Positions 1 through 7,816 are shown, counted from the stretch's first letter. The stretch is 30,027 nucleotides of DNA from Steroidobacteraceae bacterium (GCA_049687035.1 JBAVIQ010000184.1:1-30027); one strand, 5' to 3'. Program-made: numbers and translations. The notes: a model not told the origin generated them from the sequence alone.

Positions 1-2158
1 TCACGGAGGCGTCGAGCAGGCCGTACTGGCTCAGATTCCAGACGTAACTGGCGCCGACGGCTGCCGACACATACGGCTCGCCCGTCGGCTCGCCGGCCAG
101 GTCGCGGCGATCAGCGCCCTCGCCCACGAACTTCTCCTTGTAGGTCGCGTCGATCAACGCGAGGTTGGCGGTGAAGGTGAGGGCATCGATGGGCTGCCAG
201 CGGGCCTCGACTTCCAGGCCAACGGCTTCCTCGTCGCTCGAGTCGACGACGTACTGCGGGATGCCAGAGCCGTTGACGCCGGTGACGAGCGAGATCGACT
301 GCTTGTTGTCGTAGATGTAGTAGAAGGCCGAAGCGTTCAGTATCACCCCGATGTCGGCGAACAGGCTCTTCACGCCGCCCTCGAGGTTCCAGACGTCCTC
401 GTTGTCGAAGCGCGACCCGACCTCGACGCTGTTGTAACCGCCTGCCTTGTAGCCCTTCGCCAGCGAGCCGAAGACCATGACGTCCGGAGTCACCTTGTAG
501 TCCACGACGAGGCGCGGGCTGATGTCGTCCCAGGAGTCGTCGAGCTTGACCTTCCGGCCCTCGAGCCCGAGCGCGCTCAGGTCGAACACCACGTCGAAAA
601 AGTAGGCCTGCGGCGGGATGGGAAACTGCTGGAAGAAGCCGAAGGCCTCCAGCGCCGCAATCGTCGCGTCCAGCTCCGGCGCCTCGCGCGGACCGTTGAA
701 CCAGCTGAACTGCTTTTCGTCGTGCGTGTAGCGCAGACCGAAGGTGACGTTAAGGCGGTCGGTCGCGTGCCAGATGGCGTCGCCGAACACGGCAGCGGCA
801 TTGAAGCTGCCCTCGTTGAACATGGCCTCACGCCAACCGAAGCCGCGCATCGTTGCCGGGATGCCGTTGGCTGCCAGCACGTCGCTGGTGAAGCCGAACA
901 GTGTGCCGTCCGGCGTGGCCGAGAGCCCCAGGTTCAGCAGCACCGTGTCGATGCTGTCGGTGGTTGCGTGGGTGTCGCTCGTCTGCTTGGCGTCCTCGGC
1001 GTAATAGCTGACGCCTGCGACCCAGTCGACGCTGCCGATCTGCCCGGAGAACTTGAATTCCTGGTACCAGCTCTCGTTGTCCTCGACGTTGGCCGTGTCG
1101 AAGTAAAGGAAACTGTGGTTGGTGCCGTCCTCGTCCTCGCGGTTGACCGTTTCGAATGTGCGCCACGCCGTCGTGGAGCGGAAGTCACCCCAGCCAAAGT
1201 CGTGATCGATGAAAAGATTCACGCCGTCGAGCTGGCGCGATTCCTCGTTGCCGATCACGTCGTTATAGACCTTGGCCTTGAGCGGGTTCAGATACCGCGT
1301 CGAATCGGCGGGATACGGCGCGCGCTCGGTGTCGTCGGGGCCGAGCGCAACCAACCCGATCGCCGGGCGCGCGAACTGGTCCAGTTCGTCGTGGTCCCAC
1401 GTCAGCGTCGCCGACGTCGAGTCAGTGATGTCCCACTTGAGCGCAGCCCGTGTCGCCCAGTTGTCCTCGGGCCACAGGTCCTTCCCCGTGGCCGCGTCCT
1501 CGACCCAGCCGTCGCTCTGGTTCCACACGCCGTTCACGCGCAGCGCGAGGTTGTCGGCGATCGGCACGTTGATCATGCCGTCCACGCGTTGCTTGTTGTA
1601 CTCGCCGACACGCACGCGCAGGAAGGCATCGAGCTCGTCGACCGGCTGGCGCGTAATGATAGAGATCGCACCCGCAGCGCTGTTGCGGCCGAAGAGCGTG
1701 CCTTGCGGTCCCTTGAGCACCTCGATGCGCTCGATGTCGTTGAACGCAAGCAGCGATGAGCCGGTGCGCGCGCTGTAGACGCCATCGACGTAGACGCCGA
1801 CCGCGGAGTCCGTGCCGACGCCGAAGTCACCGGTCTGGATCCCGCGGATCTGGTACTTCGGCTGCGTCGGGCTGTCGCTCGAGACGACGAGACCAGGCAC
1901 GAAGCCGTTCAAGTCGCCCATGTCCTCCGCCGCCACGTCATTCAGCAGTTCGTTGCCCACGACCTGGATCGTGATCGGCACCTCCTGCAGCACCTGTTCG
2001 CGGCGCTGCGCGGTGACGACGATTTCCTCGAGAACGGAAGGGACCGCCTCGACGCCCTGCGCGAGGGCAGGCCCGGGCATGGCGAACGCCGCGACGGCCA
2101 GGTTGCCCGCGATAGCGGCGGCCATGGCACGCCTTAATTTACGGTTGCGTTGAATCAT
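1..2158 (-). CDS. TonB-dependent outer-membrane receptor (3' end truncated by the window edge)
   Basis: Not in the ORF track because it has no stop in the window. Translated by hand from ATG 2158 (GGGGGA upstream): MIQRNRKLRRAMAAAIAGNLAVAAFAMPGPALAQ signal peptide, TonB-box-like LEEIVVTAQRREQVLQEVP, plug motifs VGVYVDGVY and DIERIEVLKGPQGTLFGRNSAAGAI, and barrel-type strands such as GYKAGGYN. The same frame still reads sensibly at the left edge (...YGLLDASV). Confidence 0.93.
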   Translation of the reverse strand, partial: MIQRNRKLRRAMAAAIAGNLAVAAFAMPGPALAQGVEAVPSVLEEIVVTAQRREQVLQEVPITIQVVGNELLNDVAAEDMGDLNGFVPGLVVSSDSPTQPKYQIRGIQTGDFGVGTDSAVGVYVDGVYSARTGSSLLAFNDIERIEVLKGPQGTLFGRNSAAGAISIITRQPVDELDAFLRVRVGEYNKQRVDGMINVPIADNLALRVNGVWNQSDGWVEDAATGKDLWPEDNWATRAALKWDITDSTSATLTWDHDELDQFARPAIGLVALGPDDTERAPYPADSTRYLNPLKAKVYNDVIGNEESRQLDGVNLFIDHDFGWGDFRSTTAWRTFETVNREDEDGTNHSFLYFDTANVEDNESWYQEFKFSGQIGSVDWVAGVSYYAEDAKQTSDTHATTDSIDTVLLNLGLSATPDGTLFGFTSDVLAANGIPATMRGFGWREAMFNEGSFNAAAVFGDAIWHATDRLNVTFGLRYTHDEKQFSWFNGPREAPELDATIAALEAFGFFQQFPIPPQAYFFDVVFDLSALGLEGRKVKLDDSWDDISPRLVVDYKVTPDVMVFGSLAKGYKAGGYNSVEVGSRFDNEDVWNLEGGVKSLFADIGVILNASAFYYIYDNKQSISLVTGVNGSGIPQYVVDSSDEEAVGLEVEARWQPIDALTFTANLALIDATYKEKFVGEGADRRDLAGEPTGEPYVSAAVGASYVWNLSQYGLLDASV

Positions 2159-2197
2159 CGAATCCCCCAATGCATGGTTCATCTTGTTACGGCTCGT

Positions 2198-3736
2198 TCA
2201 GTTCCTGACGTCGAGCATGTACCTGGCCACCGCGAGGCGCGTCTGCGGATCGAGGTAGTCCTGCGGCGGCATCTCCGGATAATCGTCGCGCTTCTTCACC
2301 GGCTTCGCGATGTAGTCGGCAATGCCCTGCGGGTTGTCGAGGTACAGCGCCTGGATGACCTGCACCGGTGGGCCGATCATGCGGCCGTTGTAGATGTGGC
2401 AACCGCTGCAGATGCCGAGAAACACGACCTTGCCGCGCTCATCGGGCTTGATCACGCGCGGCGGCACCGGCGGCAGCAGGTAGGTCGATGTCGCGGCCGT
2501 GTTGGTGAACGCGCACTCGGCAAAATCGCCGACACCCGCGGTGACGTACTGGTGCCGGTTGATGATGCAGCTGCCGGGACTCGGCCCGACGCGCACGATG
2601 TCGAGCGCACCGCCACGCTTGCCCTCGGTGAGCATCAGCGCCTTGACTTCCTTGATGGTGTCGTAGCCGTTCCTGAGCATCACGTTGTCGAGGATGCTGA
2701 CGCGGTCCGAATTGGGCTCGGACTCGGGGTCGACGGTGATGTTGGCCGCATTGGCGTGGTCCGTGATGATGACGCCGGCCACCTTGTTGTCGGAGATGAT
2801 GTTGCCTTCGATCACCACGTCGTCGGCGGCCATCACCAGGATGCCGGTGCCCGCGGGAATGCCTGCGACCGTGGAACCCGGCGCGCCGAAGTTCGCGTGA
2901 TTGTTGCCGACGACGAAATTGTTGCGCAGGATCACATCGATCGTGGTCTTGATCGGCAGACCGGGCGTGACGAACGCGAGCAGGCCGCCCGAGTTGTTGT
3001 GCACGTAGTTGTGCTCGACGATGCAGTGGCGGCTGTTCTCGATCTCGATGCCGGCGACGCTGTCGAACACGTCGTTGTGCGCCACGTGGATGTTGTCGCT
3101 CATGCCGATGTAGATGGCGGCGTCGGCGATGCCGGACACCACGTTGTGCTCGACGATGCCGTTCTGGCCGAGCTGCGGGAAAATGCCGTACACGCCGGCA
3201 TCCGCGATCACGTTGTTGCGGATCTCGAAATTGTTGCCCGCCTGCCCCATGATCCCGTTGCCCTTGTAGTTGCGGATCTCCAGGTTCTCGGCGACGAAGC
3301 TGTTGCCCGAGTAGAGGATGGCGTCGTTCAGCTTCTTCTGCCCGTCGAGCACGGCGCGGCGGCCCTCCTCGATGACGCCGATGATGCGGATGTCGTCCTT
3401 GTCGACGTAGACGGTCTCGTGATACGTGCCCGGCATCACGCGGATGATGGTGCCGGAGGGCGCCGCCTTGACCGCCGCCTGGATCGACTCGCCGTTCTTG
3501 ACCACGACGACGTTGGTCGGTGCGGGACCGGCCACGGACTTGAGCGCACCGGACGCGGCTGCCGTCTTCAAAGCCTCCGCGGCGTCGCCCGCGGCCTTGA
3601 AGCCGCCGCCATAGCTTGCGCCGGACGTGGACGAACTGATCACCACGTCCTGCTTGGTGGATCGACCGAAATACGCGCCGGCACCAAACGCCACGACGGC
3701 GGCGAGCAGTCCGAACAGCAGGCCTTTCTTCATCAT
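2198..3736 (-). CDS. Exported right-handed parallel beta-helix repeat protein fused to a C-terminal class I cytochrome c domain
   Basis: N-terminal hydrophobic signal/anchor, beta-helix cap SIQAAV...PGTYHE, repeated Asn-ladder coils (IRNNVI, VEHNVV, VAHNDV, IEGNII) and motifs YGIFP, DAAIYIG, VAGIEIENS. C-terminal CSGCH (2396-2410) is followed by IGPP and a distal MPPQ Met ligand. Confidence 0.88.
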   Translation of the reverse strand: MMKKGLLFGLLAAVVAFGAGAYFGRSTKQDVVISSSTSGASYGGGFKAAGDAAEALKTAAASGALKSVAGPAPTNVVVVKNGESIQAAVKAAPSGTIIRVMPGTYHETVYVDKDDIRIIGVIEEGRRAVLDGQKKLNDAILYSGNSFVAENLEIRNYKGNGIMGQAGNNFEIRNNVIADAGVYGIFPQLGQNGIVEHNVVSGIADAAIYIGMSDNIHVAHNDVFDSVAGIEIENSRHCIVEHNYVHNNSGGLLAFVTPGLPIKTTIDVILRNNFVVGNNHANFGAPGSTVAGIPAGTGILVMAADDVVIEGNIISDNKVAGVIITDHANAANITVDPESEPNSDRVSILDNVMLRNGYDTIKEVKALMLTEGKRGGALDIVRVGPSPGSCIINRHQYVTAGVGDFAECAFTNTAATSTYLLPPVPPRVIKPDERGKVVFLGICSGCHIYNGRMIGPPVQVIQALYLDNPQGIADYIAKPVKKRDDYPEMPPQDYLDPQTRLAVARYMLDVRN

Positions 3737-3749
3737 CGTTCTCCCTGGA

Positions 3750-4937
3750 TCACTTGCGCGCCGACAAGGCAGCGGTGCGGTTCGGTTGGCCGATCGGCGT
3801 CAGTCCGGAAGGCACCCGCGCCGGCGTGGCCGGGGTGAACGCCTCGTCGGTGAGCGCACCGAGGAAGTCCACGACCCGGTCGATCTCGGCCGCAGTCAGT
3901 CGCGGATCCGTGATGTGCCAGTGCAGGTACAGGTGCATGCCTTTCGGCACGGCATGCCCGCGTCCCTTGTTGTAGAACTCAACGGCGTCGCGCAACTGCG
4001 TGAATGCGCCGGAATGCATGTACGGCGCGGTGCGCGTGACGTTGCGCAGGGTCGGCACCTTGAAGCCGCCCTTCAGTTTCGGGCTGTCGAACGTGGCCTC
4101 GGCGCCGACGTCGAACGGCCGGCCCCGTGGTTCCGGCGCGCCGATCACGGCGATCTGTTCGTTGGTGAACAGCGGCGGCGTGTGGCACTCCGAGCAGCGC
4201 GCCACGAACGAGCGGAATACGTTCAGGCCCTCGATTTCGCGCGGGCTCAACGCTTCGGCGTACCCGTGGACGTAGCGGTCGTAGCGGCTGTTGAGCGAGA
4301 TGAGCGAGGTCTGGAACGCCGCGAGCGCCGCCTGGACCTGCCGCTCGGTGACCGGGCCCGCCGCCTCGCGCGGGAACGCCTCACGGAACAGCCGGCGGTA
4401 GGTGGCGTTGCGATTGAGGCTCGCGACCAGGCGCGCCGGGTCGTTACCCATCTCGCGCGGCGAGTACAGCGGTCCCGCTGCCTGCGCCTCCAGCGAATTG
4501 GCGCGGGCGTCCCAGAAGAAGCGCTGCAGGAACGCCACGTTCCACAGCGTCGGCGCGGCGCGGCCGGCATCCTCGCCGTGGATGCCGATCGAACGCGCCC
4601 GCCCGTCGGCCAGGCCCATGTCGGGGCGATGGCAGCTGGCACACGACAGGGTGCCGTCGCCGGAGAGCAACGGATCGAAGAACAGGTAGCGCCCGAGGTC
4701 GATCTGCTGCGGCGTGAAACCGTCGCGGTGTGGCGGCAGGGCCGTACGCGTACCGCCCACGCCGCGATTTTCGAGCGAGTCGTAGAACTGGTAGAGCGTG
4801 CGCAGTTCGCAAACGCCCGCCGCGGTCTTCTCGAAACCCGGCGGGCAACGCTGGTTGAGCGTGATGTCGGGCTGGGTGCTGGCGCGCGTGCCACTCGCAC
4901 AGGCGACCGCCAGCAGCAGCGCGACCAGGCGCCTCAC
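3750..4937 (-). CDS. Di-heme cytochrome c peroxidase / MauG-family enzyme
   Basis: CASCH (4629-4643) and CSECH (4182-4196), LGRYLFFDPLLSGD, FWDARA..LE.QA..P....EM, FKVPTLRNV..TAPYMHSG. Start reassigned to GTG 4937, which overlaps the upstream TGA (GTGA) and gives a signal peptide RRLVALLLAVAC. Confidence 0.92.
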   Translation of the reverse strand: MRRLVALLLAVACASGTRASTQPDITLNQRCPPGFEKTAAGVCELRTLYQFYDSLENRGVGGTRTALPPHRDGFTPQQIDLGRYLFFDPLLSGDGTLSCASCHRPDMGLADGRARSIGIHGEDAGRAAPTLWNVAFLQRFFWDARANSLEAQAAGPLYSPREMGNDPARLVASLNRNATYRRLFREAFPREAAGPVTERQVQAALAAFQTSLISLNSRYDRYVHGYAEALSPREIEGLNVFRSFVARCSECHTPPLFTNEQIAVIGAPEPRGRPFDVGAEATFDSPKLKGGFKVPTLRNVTRTAPYMHSGAFTQLRDAVEFYNKGRGHAVPKGMHLYLHWHITDPRLTAAEIDRVVDFLGALTDEAFTPATPARVPSGLTPIGQPNRTAALSARK

Positions 4938-5569
4938 TGCGGCCGGCCCTGCTGGTGGATGAAGGCGATGACGTCGTCGAGGTCGCGCTCGGTCGGCAGG
5001 GTCCTGGCCATCATGGCCATCTGCCGACCGGGAACGTCCTTGGGGTCCGTGCCACGCACGCCGTCGCGGAAATACGAAAACTGGCGCCTGATGTAGGCGG
5101 CATCGAGACCCGCGAGCCGCGGCGCCTTGAGCGCGGGATTGCCCTCGGCGCGCCCGCCGTGACAGGCGCCGCACTTGCCGTGGTAGAGGTTGTTGCCATT
5201 GCGCAAGTCACCGTTGGCCGCTGCGGCCGGCCGGGTCTTCGGCAACGTGGCGACGTGGGCGGCCACGGCAGCGACCGCCGCGTCGTCCTTGAGCGTCGAT
5301 GCGCCGGCGGCACGCATCTGCGCACCGAACGTGTCGGACTTGTGCGTGCCGCGCCTGCCCGCACGAAAATGCTGCAGCTGCCGCTGCAGGTACGCCGCGT
5401 CCTGGCCAGCGATCGCCGGGGCACCGAGCGCCGCGTTGCCTTCAGCCTTGCTGCCGTGACACGCGATACAGGGATTGAACTGGGCCTTGCCGTCGACCGC
5501 CCAGAGTGCGCCGCTGCCGAGCAGCAGTACGCAGCCGAGCAACGGCTTCAGCCAACGGAACCCCTTCAT
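4934..5569 (-). CDS. Di-heme cytochrome c4 / c553-type periplasmic cytochrome
   Basis: Signal peptide from ATG 5569 (GGGGGCGAG upstream). Two internally repeated domains: CIACHG...AP.IAGQDAAYL.RQL..F..G.R...M and CGACHG...APRLAGLDAAYI.RQF..F..G.R...M. Confidence 0.92.
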   Translation of the reverse strand: MKGFRWLKPLLGCVLLLGSGALWAVDGKAQFNPCIACHGSKAEGNAALGAPAIAGQDAAYLQRQLQHFRAGRRGTHKSDTFGAQMRAAGASTLKDDAAVAAVAAHVATLPKTRPAAAANGDLRNGNNLYHGKCGACHGGRAEGNPALKAPRLAGLDAAYIRRQFSYFRDGVRGTDPKDVPGRQMAMMARTLPTERDLDDVIAFIHQQGRPQ

Positions 5570-5622
5570 CTCGCCCCCGTCTGAATACGGCGCCTGCGAG
5601 CGCCACATGCTTGTTTGCCGAC

Positions 5623-5631
5623 AGTCTACCA
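5623..5631 (-). promoter_or_regulatory. Possible extended -10 element (TGgTAGACT) for the cytochrome cassette
   Basis: Minus strand reads TG-G-TAGACT about 55 nt upstream of the c4 start, in a 101-bp intergenic gap. No convincing -35 element. Confidence 0.3.
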
Positions 5632-5670
5632 GTCACATTTGAGCAATGCCGCAGCGGGCATCACGTGAAT

Positions 5671-6291
5671 CTAGCGCGGGCCCAGCAGCCGGAAGGTCAG
5701 GTTGACGCGCTCGTCGACGGCGCGTGCTGTCTTCGGCACCGCATGGACGTAGGCATGCTGCGTGGGACCCGCCATCAGCAACAGGTCGCCGTGCGCGAGA
5801 TCAATCGTTGCGACCGCATCGCGCAGGCGACGGTGCCGCAGTTTGAAACACCGTGTCGCACCGAGCGAGACCGAGGCAATCGCGGGATCGCGCCCGAGTT
5901 CGCGCTCGTCGTCCGCGTGCCAGCCCATGCCGTCCCGGCCGTTGCGGTAGCGATTGAGCAGAACGCTGTTATAGGAATGCCCGGTGAGGTCCTGGACTCG
6001 GCCCCGGATGCGTTGCAGCGCAGGTGTCCACGGCAGCGGCTCGTGCGCGGTACCTGAGTACGTGTAGGCCGTTCCGGGATCGCCGTGCCACGCAACCAGC
6101 CGGGGCACGCGGCGTCGCTCGCCGAACAGCACGATGTCTTCCTGTTGCCATGCGATGCCCGTGAGCAGGGCGGCCAGCAACTCGTCGGCCTCGTCGGGAG
6201 CGAAAGCCCGCGGCCACAGGCGGACGTCGGCGTCAGGCAGGTCGAGCCGCAGCGGTTCAGTCGGCAGGAGTGGCAGGTTGCCCGGCGGCAT
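5671..6291 (-). CDS. 2-oxoglutarate/Fe(II)-dependent dioxygenase, AlkB DNA-repair family (ALKBH2/3-like)
   Basis: PRLVAWHG..YTYSG, NSVLLNRYRNGRDGMGWHADDE (HxD), IASVSLGATR.F, distal His in YVHAVPK, and RVNLTFR (RxxxxxR). Confidence 0.92.
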   Translation of the reverse strand: MPPGNLPLLPTEPLRLDLPDADVRLWPRAFAPDEADELLAALLTGIAWQQEDIVLFGERRRVPRLVAWHGDPGTAYTYSGTAHEPLPWTPALQRIRGRVQDLTGHSYNSVLLNRYRNGRDGMGWHADDERELGRDPAIASVSLGATRCFKLRHRRLRDAVATIDLAHGDLLLMAGPTQHAYVHAVPKTARAVDERVNLTFRLLGPR

Positions 6292-6619
6292 CCGCGGCGA
6301 GCGTAGCCTTCATGCGGTCCAGATGCACGCGCACGTGGCCTTTCGGCTGCGACTGGCAGGCCAGGACATAGCGCTGGTCGAGCTGTTCGCGCGACAGCAC
6401 GTAAGAAGTATCGGTGAGCGCGCGCACGTCGCCCTCGATCAGCCGGCAGCGGCAGGTCGTGCAACTGCCGACGCGACAACGCGACGGCCACGGCAGGCCC
6501 TTGGCGAGCGCTGCCTGCAGGATCGTCTGGCCGGGAGCCACGTCGAACTCCCAGCCGAAGGGTTCCACGCTGACTCGCGCCGCTTCAGGCTCGCGGCGCT
6601 TGAACAAGTCACGCAACAA
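6257..6619 (-). CDS. Plant-type [2Fe-2S] ferredoxin resembling the N-terminal domain of XylA-type reductases
   Basis: GQTILQAAL..G.PWPSRCRVGSCTTCRC...LACQ (Cx4Cx2C...C). The probable start is TTG 6619 or 6616, just after the monooxygenase stop. The longer N-terminus in the ORF track overlaps that gene. Confidence 0.85.
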   Translation of the reverse strand: MLRDLFKRREPEAARVSVEPFGWEFDVAPGQTILQAALAKGLPWPSRCRVGSCTTCRCRLIEGDVRALTDTSYVLSREQLDQRYVLACQSQPKGHVRVHLDRMKATLAADAAGQPATPAD

Positions 6620-6621
6620 GA

Positions 6622-7791
6622 TCAGCGCCCCTGCGCGGCGAGCTGCAGTGCCGGCACGCCGCTCTCGCGGTTGGCGGCCGCGGCCAGGCGGCGCTCGCCC
6701 GCGCTGGCGTAGTGGCGATCCCACTCGAGCAGCAGCGGCGTCATGCGGTTGCGATACCAGCCAGGCACCAGGTAGACGAGCAGCATGCACGTGAGGTAAC
6801 CATACGGCAGCGTGGGTGCCTCACGGTTCGAACGCAGTTGCCAGAACTGGGCGTCGCCCTCGGCATGGTGGTGCGAATGCCGCGCCAGGTTGAACAGCAC
6901 GACGTTGCTCAGGCGCTTGTTGGAATTCCACGAGTGGCGCGGCTCGACGGGTTGGCCCGGCTCGCGAATGAGCCCGTAGTGCTCGAAGTAATTGACGGCC
7001 TCGAGCACGGTCCGCCCTGCCACGGCCGAAAGCACGAAGACGATGACCGCGGATGCACCGCCCGCGATGGCGAAGGCGCCGACGATGGCCGCCGACATCA
7101 GCCACCCGCGAAGGTACCGGTTGTGAAGCGACCAGGTGCCATGCCCCAGGGTCTGCAGACGCTGCTGTTCCAGCGCGAAGGCGCTCTTCGTCTGCCCGAC
7201 CACCGATCGCCGCAGGAACGAGTAGAAATGCTCGCCGCGCCGCGCAGACGCCGGGTCCGCCGTCGTGGCCAGGCGGCGGTGATGTCCGTACACGTGCTCG
7301 ATGGAAAACTCGGCGTCGAACGTGACGGCGAGCAGCCAGCGCCCGGCGACCATCGCGCCGCGGTCGGTCGTGCGGTGGGTGAGTTCGTGCCCGACGTTGG
7401 TACCGAGTGCCGCGAACGTGATGCCGGACGACAGGATGCCGCCCAGCCAATGCCACGCCGACGTGGCTGCGCGACGTGCGAACAGGTCGACGCCGACGTT
7501 GGCCTGCACCCACGCACCGAGACCCAGCAGGTCGCCTGAACCGGCCATCCACGCCATGGCGACGCAGAGCAGGAACAGCGTCGGCAACGTCAAGTAGAGC
7601 AGCGAGTTCAGCAGCCGCGGGTGGCGGTACTGCGGTTCCGCGAAGTAGTCCCCGAAGAACTCGTCGCCGAAAATCATGATCGAGTAGATCACGGCGAAGC
7701 CGAGCCACATCCACGCGCCGCCCAGCAGGATGCCGGCAACGGTGGTGAGGGCGAGCAGGTAGACGCTCATGAACCGCAGGTACTTGGTCAT
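6622..7791 (-). CDS. Membrane non-heme di-iron monooxygenase, alkane 1-monooxygenase / xylene monooxygenase XylM family
   Basis: His boxes HELTH, EHVYGHH, NYFEHYG and LARHSHHH, with several transmembrane segments. ATG 7791 is preceded by GGAG. Confidence 0.93.
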   Translation of the reverse strand: MTKYLRFMSVYLLALTTVAGILLGGAWMWLGFAVIYSIMIFGDEFFGDYFAEPQYRHPRLLNSLLYLTLPTLFLLCVAMAWMAGSGDLLGLGAWVQANVGVDLFARRAATSAWHWLGGILSSGITFAALGTNVGHELTHRTTDRGAMVAGRWLLAVTFDAEFSIEHVYGHHRRLATTADPASARRGEHFYSFLRRSVVGQTKSAFALEQQRLQTLGHGTWSLHNRYLRGWLMSAAIVGAFAIAGGASAVIVFVLSAVAGRTVLEAVNYFEHYGLIREPGQPVEPRHSWNSNKRLSNVVLFNLARHSHHHAEGDAQFWQLRSNREAPTLPYGYLTCMLLVYLVPGWYRNRMTPLLLEWDRHYASAGERRLAAAANRESGVPALQLAAQGR

Positions 7792-7816
7792 CTTGTCGCT
7801 CCGGCGTGGGACCAAC

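Noticed and set aside
1..3. TCA at the window start as a possible stop for the TonB receptor
   Set aside because: It is out of frame with the receptor, whose codons occupy 2-4, 5-7 and so on. The gene continues past the edge.
722..5096. Long plus-strand ORFs 722-1759, 2150-3838 and 3627-5096
   Set aside because: They lie antisense to the TonB receptor, beta-helix and di-heme genes, which carry clear family motifs.
4938..5174. 79-aa N-terminal extension of the di-heme enzyme in the ORF track, including an RR pair
   Set aside because: It overlaps the c4 gene in another frame. GTG 4937 gives a normal signal peptide and stop-start coupling.
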